A stretch of 50,377 nt of DNA from Deltaproteobacteria bacterium TL4 (GCA_051382335.1 JBBCAX010000399.1:1-50377); one strand, 5' to 3'; counted from the stretch's first letter, positions 39,375-50,014 are shown. The notes: generated from the letters alone by a model not told the origin. Numbers and translations are program-made.

Positions 39375-39804
39375 AATGAGACTCCTTTCTGACTTGTTGA
39401 TTTTATATTCTACAGGTCCTATCTGGGCCTTGTTTATGTCTTGTGTTATTCCCGCTTTTGTAGAAATAACAAGCAGGTTCCCAATAGCAAACCATTGTAT
39501 TCAATTTTTTGTAACGACTCAGTCTAAAACTATGAGTCTGCGAAATACACAAAAAACACTAAAATTATTAGTTTTTTCGCATTTTTCTAACCGCAAAACG
39601 CAGGACAAACTATCATTTTTGTTGTGTTACGCAAGGTGAAAAGTATATATTTAGAAGGGGGGATTCTGCTATGAAAGACTAGGCTACAGCCTATTTGTCC
39701 CTGGGTCCATTACTGTTAAACGATTCACGAAATGGAGTGACTTGGCGCCTATCGCATAAACGTTTCAAAACCACTCCTGAGATCCTAGCCCTGGAAAAAT
39801 AAAA

Positions 39805-41199
39805 ATGATAAGTATTAATAAAAAGAAAATTCAAAAAATAGATACTAGCGGAGTTGATGATGATTCAGTCTCCGTCTTCGGAAGTGTTGATGCCATTCCT
39901 ACGGTGTTGTTCTTTGAAGAGGTTCGAAAAAAACTGGAAGACAAACTCAAGGAAGTTCAATCCTATAGCGTTGGAAAAATCATCAAATCCGAAAGGCTGA
40001 CCTTATTTCGTAATAAAGGGAAAGACATTGAGTTTTTTTCTGGAAGTATTGTGAATAACAGGACGCCGAAAGGTCAAAGCCGTGTTTCCATTCTCATCAA
40101 AGATCCCACCAATGTATTGGCCCGTCTCGATTTGATTGAACCCTACATCCTTGGCGATAAGAAGATGGGTGCCAATCTTAAAGGCGCAGAAAATATTTAT
40201 TTACAAGCTCTTTTTGCCGCATCGATGAATGAGTCTCACGGAAAAGCCATTTCCTATGCGTTACGTGCTCAAAAAGGATACCTCCGGCAAATGGAAGATG
40301 CCTTCATCAGAGAGTACAACCGCATTAAGCAGAAAGGAGACTCCATCTCAGGGACTTTGCCTGAAGATCATCGCAAAAAATCACAATACTATGATCAGGC
40401 GAAAGAACGCAAAGACATGGTGGAATTCTTGAAACAGTGTGATGAACAATTACAAGTTATCAAAATCAAAAAAGACATTATGATTAACTTGAAAAAATCT
40501 TTGTTGCAGGAAGATGAGGTGGTGGAAAAAGAGGGGAAAGACCTGAAAGAGGGGAAAGACGACGTGCAAGCAAAACTAAAAACCTTAGGCAAAGATACAG
40601 GGCTCTATCAGGGATTCAATGACCTTTTGGTTTCATCGGTGTACCTGGTTCCACTACAACAACAAAACATGAATCTGATTAATGCGTTAAAGAAAATCTA
40701 TAAAGATAAACCTTTGGGGCTTTATCATGAGGCACGGTTTCATAAAGTCTTGGCGAGTTTCTATGATAGTGCCATTCACAAAGAGGAATGTTCTCCGACC
40801 GATGGAATCAGTAAGTCGGATCTTGAAAAGAGGAGAAGTAAAGAAATGGGTGCGGCGATCGGTATGATTCAAAATGCGGTCAATATGGTCCCTGATAATC
40901 CCAAAGAAGTCATAGACCAACGTTGTATTGAACAGTTTGGTGCCATGCTCTTGGAAACTCATAAAATGCTTCCAGGGGCAACCTCAAAAATTATAAAACA
41001 CATCCCTAAAGCCCGTTCCTTGTTGGCAAAAGTCTCAGATACCAAGAATCAGGATGTTGTCAGAAAACTTCAGTCCCAGCTTTATGAAATTGAAGAGGAA
41101 TTTTCTATTAAAAAAGAGCAGGCTCAGGAGAGTGCACCGCAAAATGAGGGGCAGGAGCGGAGCTTTCAAAAAGCCAGAGCCGAGGAGGATGACGAATAA
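39805..41199 (+). CDS. Hypothetical charged helical protein
   Basis: 464-aa ORF, K/E/D-rich; no motif recognised. Confidence 0.75.
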   Translation: MISINKKKIQKIDTSGVDDDSVSVFGSVDAIPTVLFFEEVRKKLEDKLKEVQSYSVGKIIKSERLTLFRNKGKDIEFFSGSIVNNRTPKGQSRVSILIKDPTNVLARLDLIEPYILGDKKMGANLKGAENIYLQALFAASMNESHGKAISYALRAQKGYLRQMEDAFIREYNRIKQKGDSISGTLPEDHRKKSQYYDQAKERKDMVEFLKQCDEQLQVIKIKKDIMINLKKSLLQEDEVVEKEGKDLKEGKDDVQAKLKTLGKDTGLYQGFNDLLVSSVYLVPLQQQNMNLINALKKIYKDKPLGLYHEARFHKVLASFYDSAIHKEECSPTDGISKSDLEKRRSKEMGAAIGMIQNAVNMVPDNPKEVIDQRCIEQFGAMLLETHKMLPGATSKIIKHIPKARSLLAKVSDTKNQDVVRKLQSQLYEIEEEFSIKKEQAQESAPQNEGQERSFQKARAEEDDE

Positions 41200-41239
41200 A
41201 GGTTCTTCTTAGTCCAGCATCCACTGAGAGACCCTACAG

Positions 41240-42346
41240 TCAAACTGTCGACTCAACCTGTTCGGCTTGAAAGGTGAGTGTGATGAGAGTTCCATGCGCT
41301 TCCGGAAAGGTCTCCTGGTCTTTGGAAACCACTTTGATGGACCCTCCGTATTTTTTCATAAATTTTTGAATCAGCGGCATTCCAAAGCCTGTTCCTGTTT
41401 CGCCTTGAGTCCCTGTGCGGCTTGTCCGTTTTCTGATATCAAAAAGATTCCGTAGTATCGCTTCTGGAATGCCAATCCCAAAATCCTGGACTGTCAGAAA
41501 CACGTGATCTTTATCCTGGGATCCGGTTACCAGAATCTGGGTATTAGGATAAGAAAATTTAATGGAATTGGTGAGCAGGTTATTCAGCACAGAGTTGATC
41601 AGCGAGCTTTTTTCAACCAATATATTCAACCCTTCAGGAATAGTGGCGACGGCTTTGATTTGTTTTTCCAAAAATTTATCTTCCAACATCAACATCGCCT
41701 CAGAGACGATGTCCTTAAGAGAAAGATGAGTCAATGGAAGCTCAAATTCTTTGTCTTCTAAAACACGTACCTGCCGAACCAGCTTAACGATAGCTAAACA
41801 ATTCGTTATTGCCCGGAGCATCTGCCCTTTTTTTTGTTGAAGTAGTCCAGGATCTTTTTCGGCATTTTCCAAAACCATAGCGACGCCCCACAAAGGATTG
41901 TTCAGATCATGACAAAGAATGTGCAAAAGCTCCTTATATTCCTGACTCTGTCTTTCAATGAGACCCCGGCTAAAACTCAGATCCAGGTGTGTTTTGACAC
42001 GTGCCAGCAACTCTTTGGGCTGAAACGGTTTGGTAACATAATCAATGGCGCCAAGCTCAAAGCCTTTGACAATGTTGTCTGTTTCATCTTTTACCGTGAT
42101 AAAAATAACGGGAATGTCGGCTGTTTGCTCATTAGCTTTAATACGTTTACAGATTTCAAAACCACTGAGTTCGGGCATTAAGACATCTAATAAAATCAAA
42201 TCAGGACGTAGGGTTTCCAGCGATTGAAGCGCGTGTTTTCCTGAGGCTGAAACCATCACTTGATAACCTTCCTGCTTGAGGGTGGAGCCTAGTATTTGAA
42301 GGTTTCGAGAGTCATCATCTACAATAAGAATCAGGGGCTGAGACAT
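41240..42346 (-). CDS. Cytoplasmic hybrid REC-histidine kinase (paralog 2)
   Basis: LLDVLMP, HILCHDLNNPL, NLLTNSIKFS, DFGIGI, GTGFGM. Confidence 0.92.
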   Translation of the reverse strand: MSQPLILIVDDDSRNLQILGSTLKQEGYQVMVSASGKHALQSLETLRPDLILLDVLMPELSGFEICKRIKANEQTADIPVIFITVKDETDNIVKGFELGAIDYVTKPFQPKELLARVKTHLDLSFSRGLIERQSQEYKELLHILCHDLNNPLWGVAMVLENAEKDPGLLQQKKGQMLRAITNCLAIVKLVRQVRVLEDKEFELPLTHLSLKDIVSEAMLMLEDKFLEKQIKAVATIPEGLNILVEKSSLINSVLNNLLTNSIKFSYPNTQILVTGSQDKDHVFLTVQDFGIGIPEAILRNLFDIRKRTSRTGTQGETGTGFGMPLIQKFMKKYGGSIKVVSKDQETFPEAHGTLITLTFQAEQVESTV

Positions 42347-42356
42347 AAGGCTGTTT

Positions 42357-43463
42357 TTATTTCAAATGGTTTAAAAAACGTAATTGGACCAACGTTCCAT
42401 GAGCGGAAGTTGACGGTTGCTCTTCTTCGCTATGAATTTCGATATCGCCCCCATATTTGAGCATGAATTTCTTAACTAGCGGCATTCCAAAGCCTGTGCC
42501 TGATTCTCCGAGTGTTCCAGTGCGACTTGTCTTTTTGCTGACATCAAAAAGCATTAACAGTAATTTGTCAGGAATGCCTATGCCAAAATCCTGAATGGAT
42601 AAAAGGGTCTGCTCGTCCCTCGTTGAAGCCTCGATTACAATTTGAGAGTCGGGGTAAGAGAACTTGATCGCATTGGACAGCAGGTTATTCAGTACAGAAT
42701 TGATGAATGAGCTTCTCTCAGCTACAACCTGAATTTCTTCAGCGACTTTAAGATTCAAATGAATATGTTTTTCTAAAAGCTGCTGCTCAAACATAGATAA
42801 AGATTCCGCAAGGACTTTGTATAATGGAATGGCGCTGAGAGACAGTGTAAATTCAGCTTCGTCTAAAGATCGAATTTGGCGAACCAATTCGATGGTATCC
42901 AGGCTATTCTTAATTGCTGAATTCATTGCGGTTCTTTTAGATACCAAAAAATTAGGATCCCATTTGGCGTTCTCAAGAACGAGAAAAATGCTCCACAACG
43001 GGTTGTTCAAATCGTGACAAAGAATGTGTAAAAGTTCTTTATACTCATTTCTTTGTTTTTGTACAAACTCTTTGCTGAACTTCAACTCCAGGTGTGTCTT
43101 TACCCGGACCAAAACTTCTTGAAGATTGAACGGCTTCACAATGTAATCAACGGCTCCAAACTCGAAGCCCTTGATGATATCATTGATTTCCGTTTTTGCG
43201 GTCAAAAAGATGATAGGAAGGGCTTGAGTCTCAGCCGAATTTTTGAGCCGTTCACAAAGCTCAAAACCATCCATTTCAGGCATCATGATGTCGAGGAGAA
43301 TCAAATCGGGCAGCATGGACTCCAACATGGTTAACGCTTGCGGACCACTTGTCGCGGGCATCACTTGATAACCTGCGCTTCTTAGTGCCGTTCCAAGCAG
43401 TCTTAGGTTACTGGAATTATCATCGACTATCAGTATACGGCCTGCTTTTGGGGAATCATGCAT
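42357..43463 (-). CDS. Cytoplasmic hybrid REC-histidine kinase (paralog 1)
   Basis: LLDIMMP, HILCHDLNNPL, NLLSNAIKFS, DFGIGI, GTGFGM. Confidence 0.92.
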   Translation of the reverse strand: MHDSPKAGRILIVDDNSSNLRLLGTALRSAGYQVMPATSGPQALTMLESMLPDLILLDIMMPEMDGFELCERLKNSAETQALPIIFLTAKTEINDIIKGFEFGAVDYIVKPFNLQEVLVRVKTHLELKFSKEFVQKQRNEYKELLHILCHDLNNPLWSIFLVLENAKWDPNFLVSKRTAMNSAIKNSLDTIELVRQIRSLDEAEFTLSLSAIPLYKVLAESLSMFEQQLLEKHIHLNLKVAEEIQVVAERSSFINSVLNNLLSNAIKFSYPDSQIVIEASTRDEQTLLSIQDFGIGIPDKLLLMLFDVSKKTSRTGTLGESGTGFGMPLVKKFMLKYGGDIEIHSEEEQPSTSAHGTLVQLRFLNHLK

Positions 43464-43536
43464 ACATCATAACCTGTGAAAATGGATTTAAATGGACTAA
43501 GCCAGCACGAACACATAAACAAGGAGATAAGCTCAA

Positions 43537-46500
43537 TCACTCAGCGAGTCTCAAAGCCGATTCGATGACTTCTATGAATTGAGGAAATTGGCCTAAAGTA
43601 TCGGGCAACGCGTCAACTTGAAAGCTGATCGCTTGAGCCTTCAGTAACGCACTCCAGTCTTGTAACTCCTGATAGTGACACGCCTCTCCCTTCTTATAGA
43701 TCTGATCGGCGAAAACCTCAATAGAATCGATCAGCAATATTTTACTTAATCTTTCCCATTCGTGGACTTGGTCCTTTAGAAATTGGAGCAAGGCTGGTAA
43801 TTTCTCCAAGGTTTCCTGAGGAAAATGGAAGTGTGTTCCGTCATTAACCGCATTCTTTGTGGCTTGCGGTTCAATATCTACGGAGGGGTTCACACTCACT
43901 TCATCGATATCATACGCAAGAAATTCAGTGAGTGTGATGATAAACTCTTTCCGGTGTATGGGCTTTTTTAAATAGCTGTCACAGAGCTTTTTGACCCATT
44001 CTTCTTCTTCTTTCATCACAGAGGCGGTAACGGCAATAATGGGAATATGTTTTAAGTCCGGATCTTTCTTGGCAATTTTTATGACTCCGTACCCACTCAG
44101 TTCCGGCATCTTCATATCCATCAAAACAAGGTCAATGGCTTGGGTCCGAAGAATGCTGAGCGCTTCCAGACCATTTTTTGCTTCGATCAAAGTGAAGGGA
44201 TAAGTCCGCAGATATCCGATGATCAGTTTTCGATTGGAGGCGACGTCATCCGCGATAAGAAGGGTTGCTGGTTTGAATTTAATGGCTTTTAGATCAATTG
44301 TTGCGCTATTTTTGTCGAGTTGCACCAGTGGATCTGTGCTAATTTCTACCTGGTCCAGAATAATATTGAAGGTTGTTCCTTCATTGGAGTTTCTGAGGGC
44401 AAAGATGCTTCCGCCCATTTTGTCTACAAGTCTTTTTGAGATGGCCAATCCCAAGCCAGTACCTCCGTACTGCGCACTATGCGGACTCTTGATTTGCTCG
44501 AAAGGGTTGAAAATCAACTCACTTTGCGTATTTGGAATACCGATTCCCGTATCTTCAACCGTAAATGTCAATTGAAGATGCTCAGGACACTCTTCAGACA
44601 AATAGTGATTCACGTATAAACCGATAAAGCCTTTGGCCGTAAATTTGATGGAGTTTCCGACAAGGTTCAACAAGATCTGACGGATACGGATTTCATCCAA
44701 CATGAGTTTACGGGGAAGGCCGGGATTTATTCTGACAATAAAATCAAGCCCTTTTTCATCCATTTTTTGAATAAAAATCTGTTTAAGCTCTTGGCATAAG
44801 ATGCGGAGATCCACAGGCTGCAATTCAATCTCAATTTTTCCGGCTTCCACTTTGGACAAGTCCAGAATATCGTTAATTAAAGTCAGTAACGCTTTTCCGC
44901 TACTTTGGATGGTGCTTAAATATTCTTTCTGCAACGGTTCGGAAATCATCTCATACAGGATATCGGTAAAGCCCAAAATCGCATTCATGGGAGTACGGAT
45001 TTCATGACTCATGTTGGCTAAAAATTCACTTTTAATCCGGTTTGCGGACTCCGCTTGTAATTTTGCTTCGCGTAATTCCTCTTCGGCCAGTTTCCTATCT
45101 GTAATATCCTCAACCATGGCGAGAAAGTAAAGCGGACTCCCTGAGGCATCCTTGATACACCCTACCGAAATCCGTCCCCAAACAATCAAGCCATCTTGTC
45201 GCAAATAGCGTTTATCCATTTGATACTGCTCAAGCCTGCCTTCTTTGAGTTTCTGGGTTTGTTCTTCACTTTCGGTTCTGTCTTGAGGATGTGTGATGTC
45301 TAAATAGGTGAGCTTCATCAGCTCAGCTTCAGAATAACCGATAAATTTAGTAAACTCCGAATTGACACGTTGAAAGGTTCGCTCCAAATTGATCATCGCG
45401 GCACCAATCGGCGCCTCATCAAAAATGCGACGGAACCGCTCTTCATTCTCTCTTAAGGCTTCCTCGATGTGTCTCCGTTCTTCAATTTCATCCTGTAGTT
45501 TTCGGTTCCAATAAAGGATGATCAGTACCATGACGCAGACCAATAAGCCTATCCGCAAAAGCCATTTCTGAAGTTCGCTGGTGTCAAAACCATGTTCAAA
45601 GCGCACTGTAACCCATTTATGCCTGAATTTATCGGCTTCGGCTGCCGAAATGGAAGCCAGTCCTTTATTCAAAATAGGCACAAATTCCGGCCAATCATAA
45701 CGAACTCCGATTTGCAACTGATAATCGGTGAGGCCTGTTGGTGCGGCGATTTTAAGATTAACAAGATTATTTTCCTGTATCAGGTAACTGGCAACCGCCA
45801 AATTTCCAATATAACCATAAGCACGACCTTCTGAAACCAGTTTTAAACCTTCCAAGGCAGATTTTACGGAAAGACGACGGATCGCCGGGTAATTTTGCAT
45901 GAGCAAACGATTCGTCATTTCATTTTCAACGACAGCCACCAATTCTCCACTGAGATCTCTTAAATTCGCGACCAGGTCCGAACCGGTTCTGGTAATAATA
46001 ACTCCGGGAAAAGAGAGGTAGGGTTCGGTGTAATGGAGTAAAACGGAATTTTCAAGCAGTTGCGGAATACAGGCTATCGCATCGATCTGTCCACTTTGAA
46101 AGCCTTGAATTAATTCCGCGCGATTGGGAAAGGGAACCGCTTGAAAGGTAAAGCCCAAGCGTTTGCTCAGAAGCTGAAGATAGTCCGAAGCAACTCCCTG
46201 ATGTTTGCCTTTTTGATCCACATAGTCAAACGGAGACCAGTCCTGATGGACTCCAAAACGAACAACCGGGTGCTTTTGACTCCACTCTTCGTCCTTGGCA
46301 CTCATTCGGACCCCCTTGGTTTGAGCGGAGAGTTGGCGCATCTCAGAGGCAGCAATCCAGCGGCGCTCAAGCTCTACCCTTTCTTCTTGGGAAATTGCGT
46401 CGAACCCCGTGTCAATTTTGTCCAATAAAGATTGATTCCCCTTTTTGACCGCGGCATGAATAGTATCGCTGAATGAATCAAGGCTGAAGCTTTTGAACGT

Positions 46501-47961
46501 TCCGATTTCACCTAGTTGTTGTAAAACATTTTCTGAAACCATGAACTCATCAATATACGCGTCAATTTCCTGTTTGATGGCGGCTTTAATCATTGCTTCA
46601 CTGTCACCAAAAAGTACGGCCTGTAGGTTCGGATAATTCTGACGTAAGTAAGCCTCCTGGAATGACTGACCTAGGACTCCAACTTTATGCTGTTCTAAAG
46701 CTTCAAGTCCTGAAATAGCAAGGCGCTGTGAGGGGAAGAAAAGGTGTGTCTTTATTTGATAAAAAGGTTGGGAAAAATCAAACCATTGTTTTCGACTCTC
46801 GGACCGAAGGAGTCCTGAATGAAGATCAATCTCGCCGTTTTTTAAAGTTTCCAGGGTTTCTTCCCAGTTGGTGACACGGAATTCAATTTTTTCTCCCACT
46901 TTCTGTGCCCATAAGCGCCAGATATCCACAAACATTCCTGTAGGCAGGCCTTCAAAATTTAAACCTGTAAACGGCATGTAATTATCCGCAATGGCGATCA
47001 CGAGGGTATCAGGAGTGACGGATTCAGAAGTACCCATCCATTTACGAACAATAGCGCTTCTTTCCTGGGGGGTGATCTGTTCCATTCCTTTGTTAATCGT
47101 TGTGAGCAAAGAAGTCTGTCCTTTATTAAAATGAAAAGGCGCGGAACCTTCACTGCTGGCAATCACAACCTTCTTGACTGTTTGTCCTAAGGATGACGTT
47201 TTGATTTCACCAACCCAAGGACGAACAATATCCTTCATTTCTTCCGGGGTGATCGTCGCGATGCCTTGATTGAGTTTTGCTAATAATTCACGATTCCCCT
47301 TGAGAACCGCAGCGTGAAAGTACTTGGTCGTTACAGGAACAGGGGCTTTTTGAATTTTCTTGAACCCGTTCAATTGCGCGATATAGGGAATGGCAACTTG
47401 ATTTTCCAGCACAAAAGCTTGGATCTCGCCCTTAAGCAGACCTTCTACCAAATGAGAGACATCGGGATAACGTCTGATTTTAGCGGCTGGCTGATGTTTT
47501 ATGAGGAAGCTTTCAAAAAAATCCAAACCGATCACTCCCACTGAATTCGCGGCTAAAGCCTCAAGGGTTTGAGGAGGATTGAGTGAAATTTGATGAAACA
47601 GGTAGGAATCCACCTCATAGAAAGGACGGCTGAAATACAAAAAGCGAGAGCGTTTGGAAGTAAAGGCAACGCCTCCCAGAATATCCACTTGTTGCTCTTG
47701 AATGGCTTGATGTGCCTGCTCCCAGGCTAAACGTTGAAACTGAATGGCCAAGCCTGTTTTTTGGGACCATTTTCTCCAAAAATCGACTAAAATACCCTGA
47801 GGTTGATCTTGATTTCCCTCAAAGAAAAAGGGGATGTATTCCGGAGCCGCAATGATCAATGGGGAGGATGGCCGCTCCGCCTGGGAAGTGCGGCTTAGAA
47901 CGCCTAGAAACAGGATCAAAATGAAACAAAGTGGTATCCTTAAAAGCCTAGTCCACATCAT
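43537..47961 (-). CDS. BvgS/EvgS-like hybrid kinase: three complete SBP_bac_3 domains plus one collapsed, then TM, PAS, HisKA, HATPase, REC
   Basis: Repeated PF..G...D.W and FS.P(F/Y) SBP motifs; PAS ITHPQD; FLANMSHEIRTPMN; GGTGLGL; LMDMKMP. Confidence 0.93.
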   Translation of the reverse strand: MMWTRLLRIPLCFILILFLGVLSRTSQAERPSSPLIIAAPEYIPFFFEGNQDQPQGILVDFWRKWSQKTGLAIQFQRLAWEQAHQAIQEQQVDILGGVAFTSKRSRFLYFSRPFYEVDSYLFHQISLNPPQTLEALAANSVGVIGLDFFESFLIKHQPAAKIRRYPDVSHLVEGLLKGEIQAFVLENQVAIPYIAQLNGFKKIQKAPVPVTTKYFHAAVLKGNRELLAKLNQGIATITPEEMKDIVRPWVGEIKTSSLGQTVKKVVIASSEGSAPFHFNKGQTSLLTTINKGMEQITPQERSAIVRKWMGTSESVTPDTLVIAIADNYMPFTGLNFEGLPTGMFVDIWRLWAQKVGEKIEFRVTNWEETLETLKNGEIDLHSGLLRSESRKQWFDFSQPFYQIKTHLFFPSQRLAISGLEALEQHKVGVLGQSFQEAYLRQNYPNLQAVLFGDSEAMIKAAIKQEIDAYIDEFMVSENVLQQLGEIGTFKSFSLDSFSDTIHAAVKKGNQSLLDKIDTGFDAISQEERVELERRWIAASEMRQLSAQTKGVRMSAKDEEWSQKHPVVRFGVHQDWSPFDYVDQKGKHQGVASDYLQLLSKRLGFTFQAVPFPNRAELIQGFQSGQIDAIACIPQLLENSVLLHYTEPYLSFPGVIITRTGSDLVANLRDLSGELVAVVENEMTNRLLMQNYPAIRRLSVKSALEGLKLVSEGRAYGYIGNLAVASYLIQENNLVNLKIAAPTGLTDYQLQIGVRYDWPEFVPILNKGLASISAAEADKFRHKWVTVRFEHGFDTSELQKWLLRIGLLVCVMVLIILYWNRKLQDEIEERRHIEEALRENEERFRRIFDEAPIGAAMINLERTFQRVNSEFTKFIGYSEAELMKLTYLDITHPQDRTESEEQTQKLKEGRLEQYQMDKRYLRQDGLIVWGRISVGCIKDASGSPLYFLAMVEDITDRKLAEEELREAKLQAESANRIKSEFLANMSHEIRTPMNAILGFTDILYEMISEPLQKEYLSTIQSSGKALLTLINDILDLSKVEAGKIEIELQPVDLRILCQELKQIFIQKMDEKGLDFIVRINPGLPRKLMLDEIRIRQILLNLVGNSIKFTAKGFIGLYVNHYLSEECPEHLQLTFTVEDTGIGIPNTQSELIFNPFEQIKSPHSAQYGGTGLGLAISKRLVDKMGGSIFALRNSNEGTTFNIILDQVEISTDPLVQLDKNSATIDLKAIKFKPATLLIADDVASNRKLIIGYLRTYPFTLIEAKNGLEALSILRTQAIDLVLMDMKMPELSGYGVIKIAKKDPDLKHIPIIAVTASVMKEEEEWVKKLCDSYLKKPIHRKEFIITLTEFLAYDIDEVSVNPSVDIEPQATKNAVNDGTHFHFPQETLEKLPALLQFLKDQVHEWERLSKILLIDSIEVFADQIYKKGEACHYQELQDWSALLKAQAISFQVDALPDTLGQFPQFIEVIESALRLAE

Positions 47962-47986
47962 TTTCCTTCTCGGTAAGAGGTGTTAT

Positions 47987-48271
47987 CTAGTCTTTAGTAA
48001 CCTGAAATCCCGCATCCTTCAATAGTTTTTTTGCTTTTTGTGGATTGTAAGGGTAAGGTTGAAGTTCCTTGGCGTAGCCAAACCCACTAGGCAGGAAACA
48101 GGTTGCCAGGCGTTTCGCGTAACCAAGGTACACTTCTTTGAGTATCGTATCCCAATCAATCGTATAGTTGAGCGCTTGACGGATTCTGCGATCCTTGAAA
48201 GGAGGGCTTTGGTTATTCAATTCCATTTGGTAGGATCGTGTCCCTTCAACCGAAGAAATTTTTAGGTTTTC
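47987..48271 (-). pseudogene. 5'-truncated remnant of a family-5 (peptide/nickel) substrate-binding protein
   Basis: ENLKISSVEGTRSYQMELN..PFKDRRIRQALNYTID..YPYNPQKAKKLLKDAGF; in-frame stop upstream. Confidence 0.8.
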
Positions 48272-48445
48272 TCACCGAAAACGAGATCTGTTGAGGACAC
48301 CGCGGAGTTGAGAAGTTGGATGATTTGTTTTGGATGGCCGCCACGTAGGGCGGCGCTATATAGGCATATAGGAACAAAAACGGGATCAATACTATTTCAG
48401 CACAAAGTAATCTTCCTTGTGTTTTTGCTGAGTCACTGAACAGGA

Positions 48446-49723
48446 TCAATCATCAAAATTGCCCTCGGCTCCCTCATTGGTGTGTATTGAGGCGGCTTTT
48501 TTTCGATAATTGACTTCAGTCCATTCTGAAGGCTTTTCAATAAGCTTCCCTTTGGGGCCAAGATCATAGGTTCCAGCCTTGAGGATCGCGTCAATCGCGA
48601 GAGGCGCAGTATCCTTCGCGTTAAAGACGTTGATCAGAAGCTCATAAACAAAATCTTCCACTCGTTTCGCCATCCGATCCCTCACGGCTTTGGGCTGTCC
48701 TAAAAATTTGTTTTCAAAGGGAAGATTCAGCTTTTTGTAATCTCCTTTTTTAAGTCCCTTCGAATCAGCATAGGCAACCATTTCCTTCCACATGGCTTCG
48801 GTGACCCCTTGATCCTTGACCTTGATGAGATTGTCGCCATCAAGAAGTGCGTTTCCATAATCATTCACTTCAAGACCCCATGACAACATTTGAAGCGCTG
48901 TCGCGACATTGGCTTTGGTCGTGCTGGTCTTTTTCGCGATTTGTCTGAGCCGTTCTGAACTATTTCCTGAGGTGCCATGCTGTGCGCCAGAAACCTTATA
49001 GGGTTTCAGCGCATCATGAATACTTGCCGTCAACTCCACAGAAATCCCCGAGTCACTGGCTTCCAGTCCATGAGTGGTCCCATTATTCAAGGCGATCCAG
49101 TCTGGAAAAATCTGATGCGCGTTGAGTCCCTGAATCAGAAATAAGGCTTCCTCAACTGTTGATAGCCCCTCACTGCCTTTGATTTCTCCCACTTCTGTCT
49201 CCAACCCCGCCCATGACGGAACATAAGCGTTTAATAAAAGGTTGGACCGCAGGTTATCCGCATCTGGAAGATGCGAAGCATCAATGGCGATGGACGTAAT
49301 TCCTGCCTCAAATAAACTGGGAATTTCAATTTTAGCGGCTTCAAGCTCCTTGTCATTTTTAATGCCATAATGATCCGCATGGACCGCGACAGGAACGGTA
49401 ATTCCCAGCTCATTGCAATAGGCATCCACTTGCCGTGCGATATTCCATAAACTCACGGGACAATAGGCACTGGCACCGCCCTCCGATTTTGCGATTTCAA
49501 TAATAATTGCGGCGTTTGCCCGTTGGGCTGCCTTTAAGGCACCCCGAATTGTAAAGCTGTTTCTTCCATTTGCGGCAATCGTCATGGCACAGCCCTTCGC
49601 GATCATTGCGCGATCAATGACTTTGCCACTCACAATCAACGCCTTTGAATTTGGAAACAGTTCAACAACATTGGGTGGGCGCCCGACTTCAAGCGCTTGA
49701 TTAAATTTTTGGAGATTGTTCAT
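48446..49723 (-). CDS. fba: Class II fructose-bisphosphate aldolase
   Basis: VPVAVHADH, IAIDASH, ETEVGEI, ALNNGTTHG, AQHGTSG, KANVATALQ. Confidence 0.9.
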   Translation of the reverse strand: MNNLQKFNQALEVGRPPNVVELFPNSKALIVSGKVIDRAMIAKGCAMTIAANGRNSFTIRGALKAAQRANAAIIIEIAKSEGGASAYCPVSLWNIARQVDAYCNELGITVPVAVHADHYGIKNDKELEAAKIEIPSLFEAGITSIAIDASHLPDADNLRSNLLLNAYVPSWAGLETEVGEIKGSEGLSTVEEALFLIQGLNAHQIFPDWIALNNGTTHGLEASDSGISVELTASIHDALKPYKVSGAQHGTSGNSSERLRQIAKKTSTTKANVATALQMLSWGLEVNDYGNALLDGDNLIKVKDQGVTEAMWKEMVAYADSKGLKKGDYKKLNLPFENKFLGQPKAVRDRMAKRVEDFVYELLINVFNAKDTAPLAIDAILKAGTYDLGPKGKLIEKPSEWTEVNYRKKAASIHTNEGAEGNFDD

Positions 49724-49891
49724 GCTTACCTCATCATCAAGTTATCTCTCCAGGTGGAGAAGGTAATGTTTTTTTGTGTAATAAATAAATTAAAGAGAAG
49801 ATTCACAGTTTAGAAACGTTTTGTAATCGTTTTAAGCCAGGAAAAATCCCTGTAAGTTCAAGAATGAAACCACTTTTCATTCTAGCCTTCC

Positions 49892-50014
49892 GGCTACCCA
49901 CTTAAGCCGGGACATCTTGATGGTAGGCCGGAACTACGTGTCCGGCAACCTCAACGATCAGAAAAGCGGGGCATGTAATCCCCGCCTACCAATGTCCCGC
50001 TTAAGTGGGTAGCC
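49892..50014. mobile_element. MITE family C (123 bp, GGC ends, 8-bp duplication; IS1595-like) carrying a GTAG-type REP doublet
   Basis: TIR GGCTACCCACTTAAGC(C)GGGACAT (49892-49915 / 49992-50014). Exact duplication AGCCTTCC (49884-91 / 50015-22). Internal GGTAGGCCGG...CCGGC and GCGGGG...CCCCGCCTACC. Confidence 0.88.

Noticed and set aside
39585..39800. Possible c-di-GMP riboswitch or other structured leader before the 464-aa gene
   Set aside because: Only scattered fragments (CAAAC, ACGCAA) without the paired stems; an Infernal/Rfam scan would be needed.
657..49425. Many short antisense or alternate-frame ORFs in the track (for example 8422-8862, 17315-17752, 23203-23700, 30242-30793)
   Set aside because: They are shadows of well-supported genes and have no recognisable motifs.
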